A program made the position numbers and the translations under genes. A stretch of 64,000 bases of DNA from contig NC_042999.1 in the NCBI RefSeq assembly GCF_006345805.1, positions 41,664,001 through 41,728,000 of the forward strand, read 5' to 3'. Below are positions 37,651-47,229 of the stretch, one piece after another. How positions within the stretch are numbered: the stretch's first letter is position 1; every line of letters starts with the position of its first letter. The stretch comes from Octopus sinensis (taxonomy: Eukaryota). Below the pieces are notes generated by a model. That model ran no database searches, was not told the DNA's origin, and worked only from the letters and a program-made list of their open reading frames with translations.

Positions 37651-40600
37651 TCATCCGGGTAGAACCTTTACTTTCTGATCCGATAACTCCGGACACTCCA
37701 CGAATGCGTGCAAGACGGTCTCCCTATCCTGCTCACATCGCGGGCATGTCGGCGAGACGGCACTACCGTGCCTTGACAGCTTGTCGCGAACAGGTAAAGC
37801 CGCACGGAAACACTGCCAGGCCAGGGATTTCTGGTAATTATCCAGATACCCCGGCCCGAACGTCCTCCGGAACAGGTTGACCAACTGATTTTCATCGTAG
37901 CCCAGGGTCTCCCCCAAGGCGTCTTCGGACTTAATCTCCACTAACCCGCTATAGAAATCCGTGGTGGAACTCCTGTTGCCGGCGTTGCCCACCCGAGATA
38001 GTAGCTGGAGCGCCTGACGGCACTCCAAATTCCATGCACCGATGTCCGTTAGGGATGTTAACTGGGGAAGGTAGAACCGGACGTGCGGTGACCACACCTG
38101 CTCTCCATCCAGGTAAAGCCAGAGGTGCCTCAACCTTAACGCGAGTTTTCGCATCCTCAGCCAAGGTATCCCTAGCCCACCCTTTAGCGGTTTCTGGCAG
38201 CAGACAGAGCGCTTTACAAGTGGCTTTCCTCCTTTCCACAAAAATCGGAAAAGGATTCTCTCCAACTTGTTCAGCCACAAATCGGGGCAAGGCACCACGG
38301 TCAGACGGTAGGTGATTACTGATGCTATAAACATCTGCACCACCTCTGCCTTCCCTAGCAGGGATAACGCCCGCCCAGACCAGGTCTGGGTTAGAGCGGT
38401 CACCTTGTTGGCCACCTCACTCCAATTTTTCTCAATCTGGAGGTCTGGCCCGAACCAGACTCCGAGCAGCTTAACAGGACCTTCCGTCCAACGCCCTACG
38501 ACGTTATTGGACGGCATCGGCTTGCCCCTCCAGGTGCCGAGTTACAAACCGACCGACTTGTCCTTGTTAACCTTTGCTCCTGCCACCGCCTCGTAGCTTT
38601 TGATGGCCTCTTCCACCACTGGAAGCTGGCCTTCGTCTGCCACGATGATGGAGGTGTCATCCGCATACGCCGTAGCTCCTCTTCCACACCATAGATCATG
38701 CGGCGCGCCCCCTAGTGCCTCCAACTTCCGCAGCAAAGGCTCAAGAGCCAATACGTATAGGAGCGAGGACAGGGGACACCCTTGACGAACTGAACGCTCG
38801 ATCCTGAACGGCTTCGAAAAGGAACCGTTCACCTTGACTACAGACTCGATGTCGCTATACAAAGCAGCGATCCAGCCTCGAAAGGTCGGGCCTAGGCCAG
38901 CCTCTCCGAGGACCGCCGCCAGGTACCGATGGTCGACCCTATCAAATGCTTTGGACTGGTCTAAATGTACCAGTGCTCCCCCTGCGCCAGAAAGCTTCCC
39001 TACCCTCTCTAAGGAGTAGCGTATAAGGTGGAGATTGTCGTGGATCGTTCTGCCGGGGATAGCGCACGTTTGCGCATCCCCGACAAGTTTGTCCACGACC
39101 TGCGCCAACCTTTTTGCTAGCACCTTGGCCAGAATCTTTAACTCTGTGTTTAACAGAGTTATGGGCCTGAAGTTCCCTATCTCGTCCCCCTTGTTCGGGT
39201 CCTCCCTGATCAACGTCACCGCCCCCCGGCTCGCAGACTTGGGAATTCTCCCATTCTGCTGCCAGTTGGCGTAGACGCTAGCCAGCAGGTGCCCGAACAA
39301 GTCTGGCATACTTCTATAAAATTCATAGGGCAGACCATCGAGACCCGGCGACTTCTCCCTGGGGCACTTGCCCAACACCTCGATTACTTTCTCGGCTGTT
39401 ATTGGCCCTTCACAGCACTCAGCCTCTCGTGTCGAGAGGCGCGGGCCACCAGACAGGAAGTCTCTAAGGGCCTCACCATGATCCAGCGTCCCGCACCTCC
39501 CGAACAACTCGGCGAAGTGCTTGTGAAGTGCCTCACACATCTCGTCCCGCTTCTTGATCGTGCATCCGTTTTCATCAACAAGAGACCCAATTGTGGCATC
39601 GTTTCCACGCTGTGTTTCTATCGTACGGGCCCATCCGGCAACATTAATTCCCTCACGGCCCAATGCTCGTACTTTAGCCCGGACTCAACATCCCTCATGT
39701 TTGGTTTTGAGGTGACGGTCTAATGCCGTTCTCGCCGCTAAAATGTGAGATGCAGAGCCCAACCTCAACGCCTCCTCTAAGTTCTTAACTAGTTGCCCTT
39801 CTATTCTAGCCCAATCTAGTCTTAGTTGTTTACTAAATCTAATGGACTCGAATCGAATGGCTCTTTTGAGGGTGAACCACCACCGGTTATTAACCACGGC
39901 TCCGGTTAACGCCCTCTGCACTAACACCTTAATCCGGCTACGGTATGCCTCGCGTGTCAAAATAGACTTGTTCAGCTTCCAGTAGCCGGTTCCTATCTTA
40001 AGTGTGCTATCTATGTCCAGTCTACACGTGACCATTCTATGGTCAGTATAGGGCACCTGGACGAGCTGTGGACAACTAAAACTAGACTTATCTCTAGTTC
40101 TTATCACTATCCTGTCTAGGTAAGACTTGAACCTTCCGTCGCCACTCATCCAGGTCCACTCTGGGACGTTCGGATGGTCAAGTCTGTAACGATCTGCCAG
40201 CTGAAACCGCTTAAGCAGATCCACGAGACGTGAGTTCACTTTCCTATAGATCGAGCCAACGCTATCGATGTGTACGTCAACGATAGCATTAAAGTCCCCT
40301 AATATCACTAAAGTCTTCGACGTCACGAGAAAGCCCTCTAGGCGCCGATAAAAATCAGTTTGGAAGCCTCTAGCACAAGGTGCATAGAGTCCGATCAACC
40401 TGAAGGCCTTACTGCTGTATGTCACATCAAGGACGACCAGCCCACCTTCTGGGTCTACATAGCCTGTACTTGTCTGTAGAGCCAAGTCTTTACGGATCAG
40501 TACCACTTCGCCCCCTCGCCCTCCGGTCTGGCCAGGAGACATGATTTTCTCGTAGCCATTTAGGAGAGGCGAGAAGGTTTGTAGGCTGTCCAGCTTGGTC

Positions 40601-40716
40601 TCTGTAGCAACCATCACATGTATATTATGTGATCTGAGGTCGTCGAGGAAACAAGCCTGCTTCCACTTCGAACTCAGACCACGCACATTTAAACAACCAA
40701 GGTTAAGCGAAGCCAT
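37651..40716 (-). pseudogene. Element A ORF2 (APE endonuclease, RT, C-terminal Cys/His): one frame, two in-frame stops and a C-terminal deletion
   Basis: LNVRGL, VATETKL, GDFN, LDRI, TDH (APE); PGLDG, FRPITLLN, QGCPLS, YADD (RT); CPRC..ETVLHAFVEC. Stops are TGA 39685-39687 and TAA 38542-38544. About 100 aa present in E1 after the Cys/His motif are missing. Confidence 0.92.
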
Positions 40717-40733
40717 TACAAAAAGTAAAAGTT

Positions 40734-42137
40734 CTACTTACGTTTCGTTGGAGAGGTGGGGGCCGACCTCGCCACACGTTTGTTGGCCCCTTCTTTCTCC
40801 TCTTTCTTCAGATAGTCCGGCAAGTTCGCGATATGCCGGATGGCGTTTGGGTGTCTGTCTTTTAATTGTTTGAACGTTGTTTCCGCAATCCACGCGTGTC
40901 TATTTCGATCTTTGTATTTGTTGTACAGTCTTGCTGACTGATGCTGAACCACAATATCGTTTATGTATTTGTCTTGTGTGTCGAATTCAATTAATATGAG
41001 TTCATTTTCTTTTTTGTCTTCTTTTTCTGGGCCAGTTGAGCGGGATTTTTTTTTCCGTGTCTGTGGTGTGTCTTTGTTTTTATTATTTTTTGTAGGGGAT
41101 GTGGACGGGGATGCTGCACGAATTCTTTTACGAACTGGTGTAAATCCCCCCTCTGATACCTCCATGGTATCGTCTGGGGTGGCAATGGTTTGTTCGGTAG
41201 GCGCCGCAGTTTTTAGGTGGGTGGGAGGTTTTAATAGTGTAGGGGTTTGTGAGTGCGAGGGCTGGGTTTTTTCTTCAGTCTGTTTTGGGGTTGGCACCGT
41301 AACAGCGGGAGTGGGATTTTTTGTTTTTGTAGGGGTAGGTGTGTTTGCCAGGGTAGGAACTTTTTTATTATCTGAGGGGCCTGGTGTCTGCGGTTTCTTT
41401 TGCTTGTCGGGACAGTCTACACGAATGTGGCCCTTTTTGCCGCAGGCGTAACAGGTGGGTTTTCGGCCTTCGACCTGTACCCTGAGGGCTACGTTCTCGC
41501 CCACGAGCACCCTCTCAGGAAGGAGCTGCAGGTCCTCCGCTGTTCCTTGAATTAATATATTAATGTTACGCCCAAGCCAAAATCGAGGGGTAGAGCATAT
41601 TACTTCTAGTATTTTTATTTTGTCCGCCCTTTTATATAATAGGGCGGCCACTACCTCTACCGGATCGACTTCCGGCGGGGCTTCTACAATCCTGACCCGG
41701 GACGTCCTGCGTCCCCTATAGCTTGGAAAAAGTACCACCTCCTTGGTTTTTAGGGGGTTTACAGAATGCCCGCGGGCCATTTCTTCCCCCGAGAAGCGGA
41801 CATCCACTGTGCCATATGCCCGTCCCCTGGCGACGTACACGATGTCCTTCCAAATCGGGGACAGGCATTTCTCGATGGTACTTTTTTCAAAGTGTTTGAA
41901 CCTTCTGCTTTGTGGACAGAAAGTTTTAAACACTACGGTCCGCTTCTCGGTCTCCACGATACTGGCGGAGGGTGATATTTTAACATCACTACCCTCCTCT
42001 TGCATTTTTTTAAATAGCTCGACGAGCTGGTTGACATCGATGTCAATTTTCTCGGTAGCCACTGCGGCTACCTCAGAAAATTTTTTAACATTGCTCTCCT
42101 CAAGAGCACTACTTTCGTGAATAATTTCAACAGACAT
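40734..42137 (-). CDS. Element A ORF1, intact 467 aa, RRM-like region plus CX2CX4HX4C zinc knuckle
   Basis: Open frame from ATG 42137; VEGRKPTCYACGKKGHIRVDC knuckle followed by a Pro/Thr/Lys-rich linker. Confidence 0.9.
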   Translation of the reverse strand: MSVEIIHESSALEESNVKKFSEVAAVATEKIDIDVNQLVELFKKMQEEGSDVKISPSASIVETEKRTVVFKTFCPQSRRFKHFEKSTIEKCLSPIWKDIVYVARGRAYGTVDVRFSGEEMARGHSVNPLKTKEVVLFPSYRGRRTSRVRIVEAPPEVDPVEVVAALLYKRADKIKILEVICSTPRFWLGRNINILIQGTAEDLQLLPERVLVGENVALRVQVEGRKPTCYACGKKGHIRVDCPDKQKKPQTPGPSDNKKVPTLANTPTPTKTKNPTPAVTVPTPKQTEEKTQPSHSQTPTLLKPPTHLKTAAPTEQTIATPDDTMEVSEGGFTPVRKRIRAASPSTSPTKNNKNKDTPQTRKKKSRSTGPEKEDKKENELILIEFDTQDKYINDIVVQHQSARLYNKYKDRNRHAWIAETTFKQLKDRHPNAIRHIANLPDYLKKEEKEGANKRVARSAPTSPTKRK

Positions 42138-42543
42138 TATTCTGTTGAAATTAGACAACACAAAAATTACGAGTATTGGTTTCTCACAAAACTGGGAAAC
42201 CTATAGAAAGTTTTTCTTCCAAAGTAGTTCAAAAAAGCAGTTCAAAAATTCCAATTCCCACCCCCATTCGGGGGAGGGGCACGAAAATAGTTTGGCAGGA
42301 CTATGTATAGTCACGTAAATAAAAAGCCACAGTGGCTAACAGTTCAACGGTAAGAAATTATTCAATTATTTCCCGGTAAAACCGGAGAACAAGACAGTTC
42401 AGCAACGTTTAAAGGCAAATTTTCAGTAGTAGGAATTCAACGATTAACAACACAGCAAAACTCTTACCGGGAAGAAAACGCGTCCACACCGTAGTACGGT
42501 AAGCAAAGTCACTCTTCTGTCAGTGAGGTTAGCAAAGCTACTT

Positions 42544-44509
42544 TATTTTATATAATTTGCCACTAGGGCAGCACACAGAGTAGTAGCTACGGGCTGGACA
42601 AGGACATTAATGGATGATGGTGGTGGTGGATGAAGATGGTGATGGGAGAAGTCGAAAGCGCCCGCCGACTTTCGCTTCTCTAAAACAATGTTTCAATAAA
42701 TACATTTAATAAAATGTTCAAAAAATGTTCAACAATTCTTCTCGTCAGGTCCCCGAAGCAAATTGTCTTGCCGCCTGCAGACAACTCTGCGACGACAAGT
42801 CGGGGCCTGCAAAGAGAAAGGTAAAGTCTTTCTTTTCAAAGGTCTCTGCGACCCTTGACAAAGTATCTTCTGTTACTTTTTCCGCAGCTACCTGCGGAGG
42901 CCATAACGGACTCCTTGTGCCGACCGTGTCCTTACGCTCTCGGTCACCCAAGCCATTCAAGAATCTTTCAACCTCCTCTCCCTTGTGGTAAAGGAGGAGA
43001 AGCATCTCCTCTTCACAGGGAGGGACCTCACACTGCTCCGTCAGTGGCACACTTCCTACTGGCGGAGCCTTGTCCGCGGGTGGCACACATCCCACCCGCG
43101 GCTCCGTCGGCGACACAGAAACGTCAGTCGTCCGACCTCTCCTTTTTCTCCTCCTTCTTTTGGGGGAGACTGCTGACCCAGGGGACTCCGTCACCAGACA
43201 CGGGGGATTGCTATCCCCCTTCGCCCCTGAGCGTTCTTGGCGGGCAACCATTGTTGCTCGCCTTTCTCTTTCTTTTCGTGGAGGCAACCTCCTCCACGAC
43301 TTCCATCGTCTCCCCCTCCAATGAGGGGGCGGCGGGCGCCTTTTCCCCTCTCTGCTCCGGGGCACCACCACGGCCCCTGGGACAATTCCTCCTGATATGT
43401 CCGGGCTTCAGGCACAGGTGACACTTGGGGGGGCGACCCTCGAGTATCACCGGGTACCTGTGCCCAGCCATTCTCAGGAAGTCCGGGAATTTCATTTCCC
43501 CCACGGCTACCGGTGTCCACAGGCTCAAAGTTGCCCTCGACCCCTGCCAGGCGACCGCGGGAGCCACCTTCACACTCAGCAGTCTGGGTCCGCTATCCCC
43601 CAGGCCTCGCCGGATGGTCTTCTCGATCCATTCCGCCTCCGTGCCCGGGGGCAGCTCACACACCCAGGCTCTTTTCACTTTTCTGCCACAATACGAGGGG
43701 AGGAACAAAATTTCCTCTCCCTCCAGTGGCTCGCTAGCAAATCTGCTAGCTTCCTCGGGGGTACCAACAGCAACCAGACCGTTGCAAATTTAGTCCCCGA
43801 GAAATAATTTTATAGTTGGCAGGTATTCCCCCAACTCTTTCTCTATAGTATTCCTGTCGAAGAGGGCAATGGCTCCACGCGACCTAGAATAGGTTCGTAG
43901 GACCACCGTCCTCTTCTCAAGACTTTCAATCCACTGCTTGGGTGGGACGACCTCCCATTCCAAAGCGGTGGTTTCTTTTGTTGCCAGGTTTTTTTTTTTT
44001 TTTTTTAAATAAATGTATTTAGAATAAAACTAAAAAACGAGAAGAAAAGGAAATCCGAAGAAAGTCACAATGAAAAACGGAGAGAGTCAAATAAAGTTGA
44101 AAAGAAAGTCAAATAAAGTTAAAAAGAAAGTCAAAAACACAGCAAAATCCTTTTGGCCATTTGGTACTCCCGGCCTAAATCGAACCAGGATCGCACAACT
44201 TCCACATAAATTGGTGTAAAATTGGTAGTTCTTCACAGCACCATACAATTTTCACAATTCGAAGACGGATACGCCCCCAAAAATTTTCTCAGCGAGAAAA
44301 ATATATCTGCCACATGTCGGCAGAATCAGAATTCTGAATCCAGTAGGACTTCCTGCATGTAAAAAATAATTCTCAACAAAAACTCCCACTGGACCCAGAA
44401 AACAGAATCTTACCTTACATGGGGCTTCCAAAGTTTCAATTCAAGACGGCTTCAAAAGCACATCTTCACTGCTTCAGCAGCAAACACAACACTGACTCGC
44501 ACATGCGCA
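42544..44509 (-). mobile_element. Element B: ORF1-only non-autonomous Tx1 relative, 1.97 kb
   Basis: Bounded by target duplications 42528-42543 and 44510-44524. About 520-nt 5'UTR, an ORF1 homolog, a ~200-nt 3'UTR ending TGCCCTAGTGGCAAATTATATAAAATAAA, and no APE or RT. Confidence 0.87.
42745..43987 (-). pseudogene. Element B ORF1 with a few frameshifts, some in homopolymer runs
   Basis: EKRTVVLRTY, LFLPSYCGRK and LEGRPPKCHLCLKPGHIRRNC align with ORF1 of A and C; start ambiguous after a poly-A run. Confidence 0.8.
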
Positions 44510-44524
44510 GTTAGCAAGCTACTT

Positions 44525-46030
44525 TATTTCAACTATTTTGCCATAAAGGCATTACATAGAGGGGACACTACAAAAACATGTGGGGACATATAACAATTAA
44601 AAATAAAATGGTACTGTGAGTGACATGAAAATGAACGTGAGAAAATAAATTAAGTTTATGATAACATGCATGATATCTGAAAATGAAGTATGAAATATGA
44701 CGAGTGTGCTACTCACCCCACTTTGAGCAACACCACTCGCTGCCTTTGAGTCTGAATTCTTCTCTAATCTCTGGTCTAGTCCTTCTTTTTCCATTCTCGC
44801 TATCACTTAAAGACAACTTTCTTTCGCAACCTTTTTCACCGGGGGAGGGGTTTTCTGAATTCTGTGGTGTCTGCTCTTTTTTCTTTTTCTTTTTTTCTTG
44901 TGGGGAAAGGGAGTGGGTGGGTCTGGTGTCTGTATGGGGCGGGTGGGTCTGAGTGGTCTTGGGTGGGATGGAGTTGGACTGGGGTACCATTTCACACTCA
45001 GTGTTCTTTCTTTTCTTCCTCTTCTTACTTCTGCTCTCTGCTACTATCCATTCTTCCTCCTTTCGTCCGTCTTTGTCTTCGTCCTCTTTTTTCTTCTTTG
45101 TCTCCGCAACTGGTTCATCTATTTTTTCCTCTTTTTCTTCTGTAGGGGGCAGTGTGCTCTTTTTCTTCTGTAGGGGGCAGTGTGCTCTAATGTGGCCTTT
45201 TTGGCCACATTTAAAGCACCGCGGGGTTCTGCCTTCTACCCATACTCTCAGTACCATTTCTCCCACTGACACCGTTTCCGCCAAATTTTCCAGCTCCTTC
45301 GCCTCCGCTTGTATGGTCATTTCCAGTAGTTTTCCTTTGTAACTTCTTTCCTCTGTCTCTGTGGCTTGGAGGACAGTCACCTCCTCACTTCCAACGAGGA
45401 CGGCTGCCGCAACCCAAGCCACCTTTATGTCAGGTGGAATTCCTTCTACCCTCACCTTAGAATTTTTTCTTCCAAGATAAGAGGGTAGAAGCAGCAGTTC
45501 CTCAGCTTTTACGGTTGCACTTGCCAGCCTTCTCGCCTCCTCCTCTGTTTTAAACTGGACAACCACCGTCCCATATCCGCTTCCGTTTGCTATGTATGTT
45601 ACTTCGTTCGAAAGCCCCTTGAGAGCTTTTTCTATTTTTTCCATATTCATCTGCTCCACTCTCCTACTCTCCACTGAGTGCGCCTTGTAGGTGATGGTTT
45701 TTCTTTCCATATTCATCATGACCGTTTTCGGGGGTAGTAACTTTACGTCACTTCCCACCTTCTGTGTCATCTTATACAGCTCCTTCAGTTCAGTCAGGTC
45801 CACTTCCTTTCTCTTCACTCCCGGCGCGTCAGCAAAACTCTTCATTTTCTCCAAATGTTGGTCCATCCTGTTCACCGCCTTAACGAGCTCCTCCTCAGAT
45901 GTGGACAGCTCGTACTCGCTAAGGTCCGAATACATTATTTTCCACTCGCCAACAAACCGCTGGCGAGCAGCTCAAAGGATTCTGTCCGCCTAGTCAAAAC
46001 TTGACACAGTAAACAACTCGACGCATGCGC
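44525..46030 (-). mobile_element. Element C: ORF1-only non-autonomous Tx1 relative, 1.51 kb
   Basis: Bounded by target duplications 44510-44524 and 46031-46045; 95-nt 5'UTR, intact ORF1, and 184-nt 3'UTR ending TGCCTTTATGGCAAAATAGTTGAAATAAA. Confidence 0.9.
44709..45935 (-). CDS. Element C ORF1, intact 408 aa, RRM-like region plus CCHC knuckle
   Basis: ERKTITY, GYGTV, LLPSYLGRK and VEGRTPRCFKCGQKGHIRAHC; homologous to but clearly divergent from ORF1 of A and B. Confidence 0.88.
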   Translation of the reverse strand: MYSDLSEYELSTSEEELVKAVNRMDQHLEKMKSFADAPGVKRKEVDLTELKELYKMTQKVGSDVKLLPPKTVMMNMERKTITYKAHSVESRRVEQMNMEKIEKALKGLSNEVTYIANGSGYGTVVVQFKTEEEARRLASATVKAEELLLLPSYLGRKNSKVRVEGIPPDIKVAWVAAAVLVGSEEVTVLQATETEERSYKGKLLEMTIQAEAKELENLAETVSVGEMVLRVWVEGRTPRCFKCGQKGHIRAHCPLQKKKSTLPPTEEKEEKIDEPVAETKKKKEDEDKDGRKEEEWIVAESRSKKRKKRKNTECEMVPQSNSIPPKTTQTHPPHTDTRPTHSLSPQEKKKKKKEQTPQNSENPSPGEKGCERKLSLSDSENGKRRTRPEIREEFRLKGSEWCCSKWGE

Positions 46031-46068
46031 GTTAGCAAGCTACTTACCACACAGCCACTCCTGCGCCT
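46031..46068 (-). mobile_element. Head (A-box) of the host SINE-b
   Basis: Minus strand AGGCGCAGGAGTGGCTGTGTGGTAAGTAGCTTGCTAAC joins seamlessly to 37446 when A, B, C and the extra TSDs are removed. Confidence 0.93.
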
Positions 46069-47229
46069 ATGTTTATTAATTTTTAATGCTTACTGACAAA
46101 CCTACGTATTGCGGAAGAGAATTGATATAATAATAGCAGGTACTGAATTATATGAAATAGTATTAAGTGATGAGAGTTTATACCATTAATAGGGTTAGCT
46201 TCATTTCATAAACATGGTTTCTTGTCCCAGCAGTATTTACATTTATAATGGTATATTCAAGCTTCGAATTATTCTTTTTTCTTTGTTTCTTTCTTGCTTT
46301 TTTTTGAGGGGGCGGAGAATGAAGTTAGACTACCCAGTCATACACAAACAGACACATGTTAACAGACATAGATGCTAAAACTCAAACACACACACACACG
46401 CAAAACTAACTCTAAAATATCTATTTTATTGTACACTGTCACAGCTATCTATTTAAGATTTCATCTTCTTGATGTATTCTAACGAAAAGCAATATTTTTT
46501 TTCTGTGTATGTACGTGTATGCGTGTATGTGTATTCGTGTTGAACACTAACTGGAGCAAATTGTTTGTTTAAGTACCTACTAAATTGTCAGTCATCCTCT
46601 TCGGACGCATGAAGAGACCAGATCTTTACCTTGTCCAATTAAAAGACGTGTATATGTTTCCTCGTGATAGTAAAATACATTCCACTTGCTGCAATGAAGT
46701 GCACAATCTCTCAGCCAGCAATATACGCGTCGGTCGACTCATGAAGTGTAATTAGATTTTCGGGCTCAAGTTGGACCTGTAAAACGCTTTATGCACATAT
46801 AACCAGAACAAAATTGAACGACCAGCATCGTATTGCAGAAGTTAGGAGGAGCGAAACGAAAGTTTGCATCGATAGCCAGGCAGTAAAATCTGCAATATTT
46901 CGATTATGTTATTAGGGTCCAGTTCACGTGAGCCCACGGGTGAATGCAGAAAAGAAAAATAGGCTTCCAAGCGAAAAGTATGAAGATAGAGCAATGGCTT
47001 CGAAAAGTAGTCGAAGAGGATCCTCGCAGAGTCTATGGCTGAAGCAAGTGACTGATATGTGTGAGTGTGGCGACAATGGGTTGTTGTATCTGAGGTTGTT
47101 GACTTTCAGCCATGAGGATGGACAACATCCAGCTCCTCTTTATCACTGTAAATATATATCATGCAAACAGGTTTCAAAGAAAAAAGACTACACGTGGCAT
47201 ATAGTAATAGGGGAAAAGTAAAAAGTTAT

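Larger units (their letters stand above)
37462..42527 (-). mobile_element. Element A: full-length Tx1-clade non-LTR retrotransposon (ORF1 + APE-RT ORF2), 5.07 kb
   Basis: 5'UTR about 390 nt, ORF1, 17-nt spacer, ORF2, and a 3'UTR ending TGCCTAAATGGCAAATTTTATGAAATAAA; bounded by target duplications 37447-37461 and 42528-42543. Confidence 0.95.

Noticed and set aside
40734-45935. Three CCHC ORFs as LTR-retrotransposon or retroviral gag genes
   Set aside because: No LTRs, PBS, protease or integrase. A has APE plus a non-LTR RT, and all three have LINE-type tails and 15-bp TSDs.
42544-46030. B and C as fragments or deletion products of element A, or a single template-jump insertion
   Set aside because: The ORF1 sequences and UTRs are too divergent from A, and a full target duplication lies at every junction, which template jumping would not produce.
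46650-46790. Histone H3-like peptide on the minus strand (LHESTDAYIAG)
   Set aside because: The similarity is short, interrupted by stops and has no flanking histone-fold support; likely chance.
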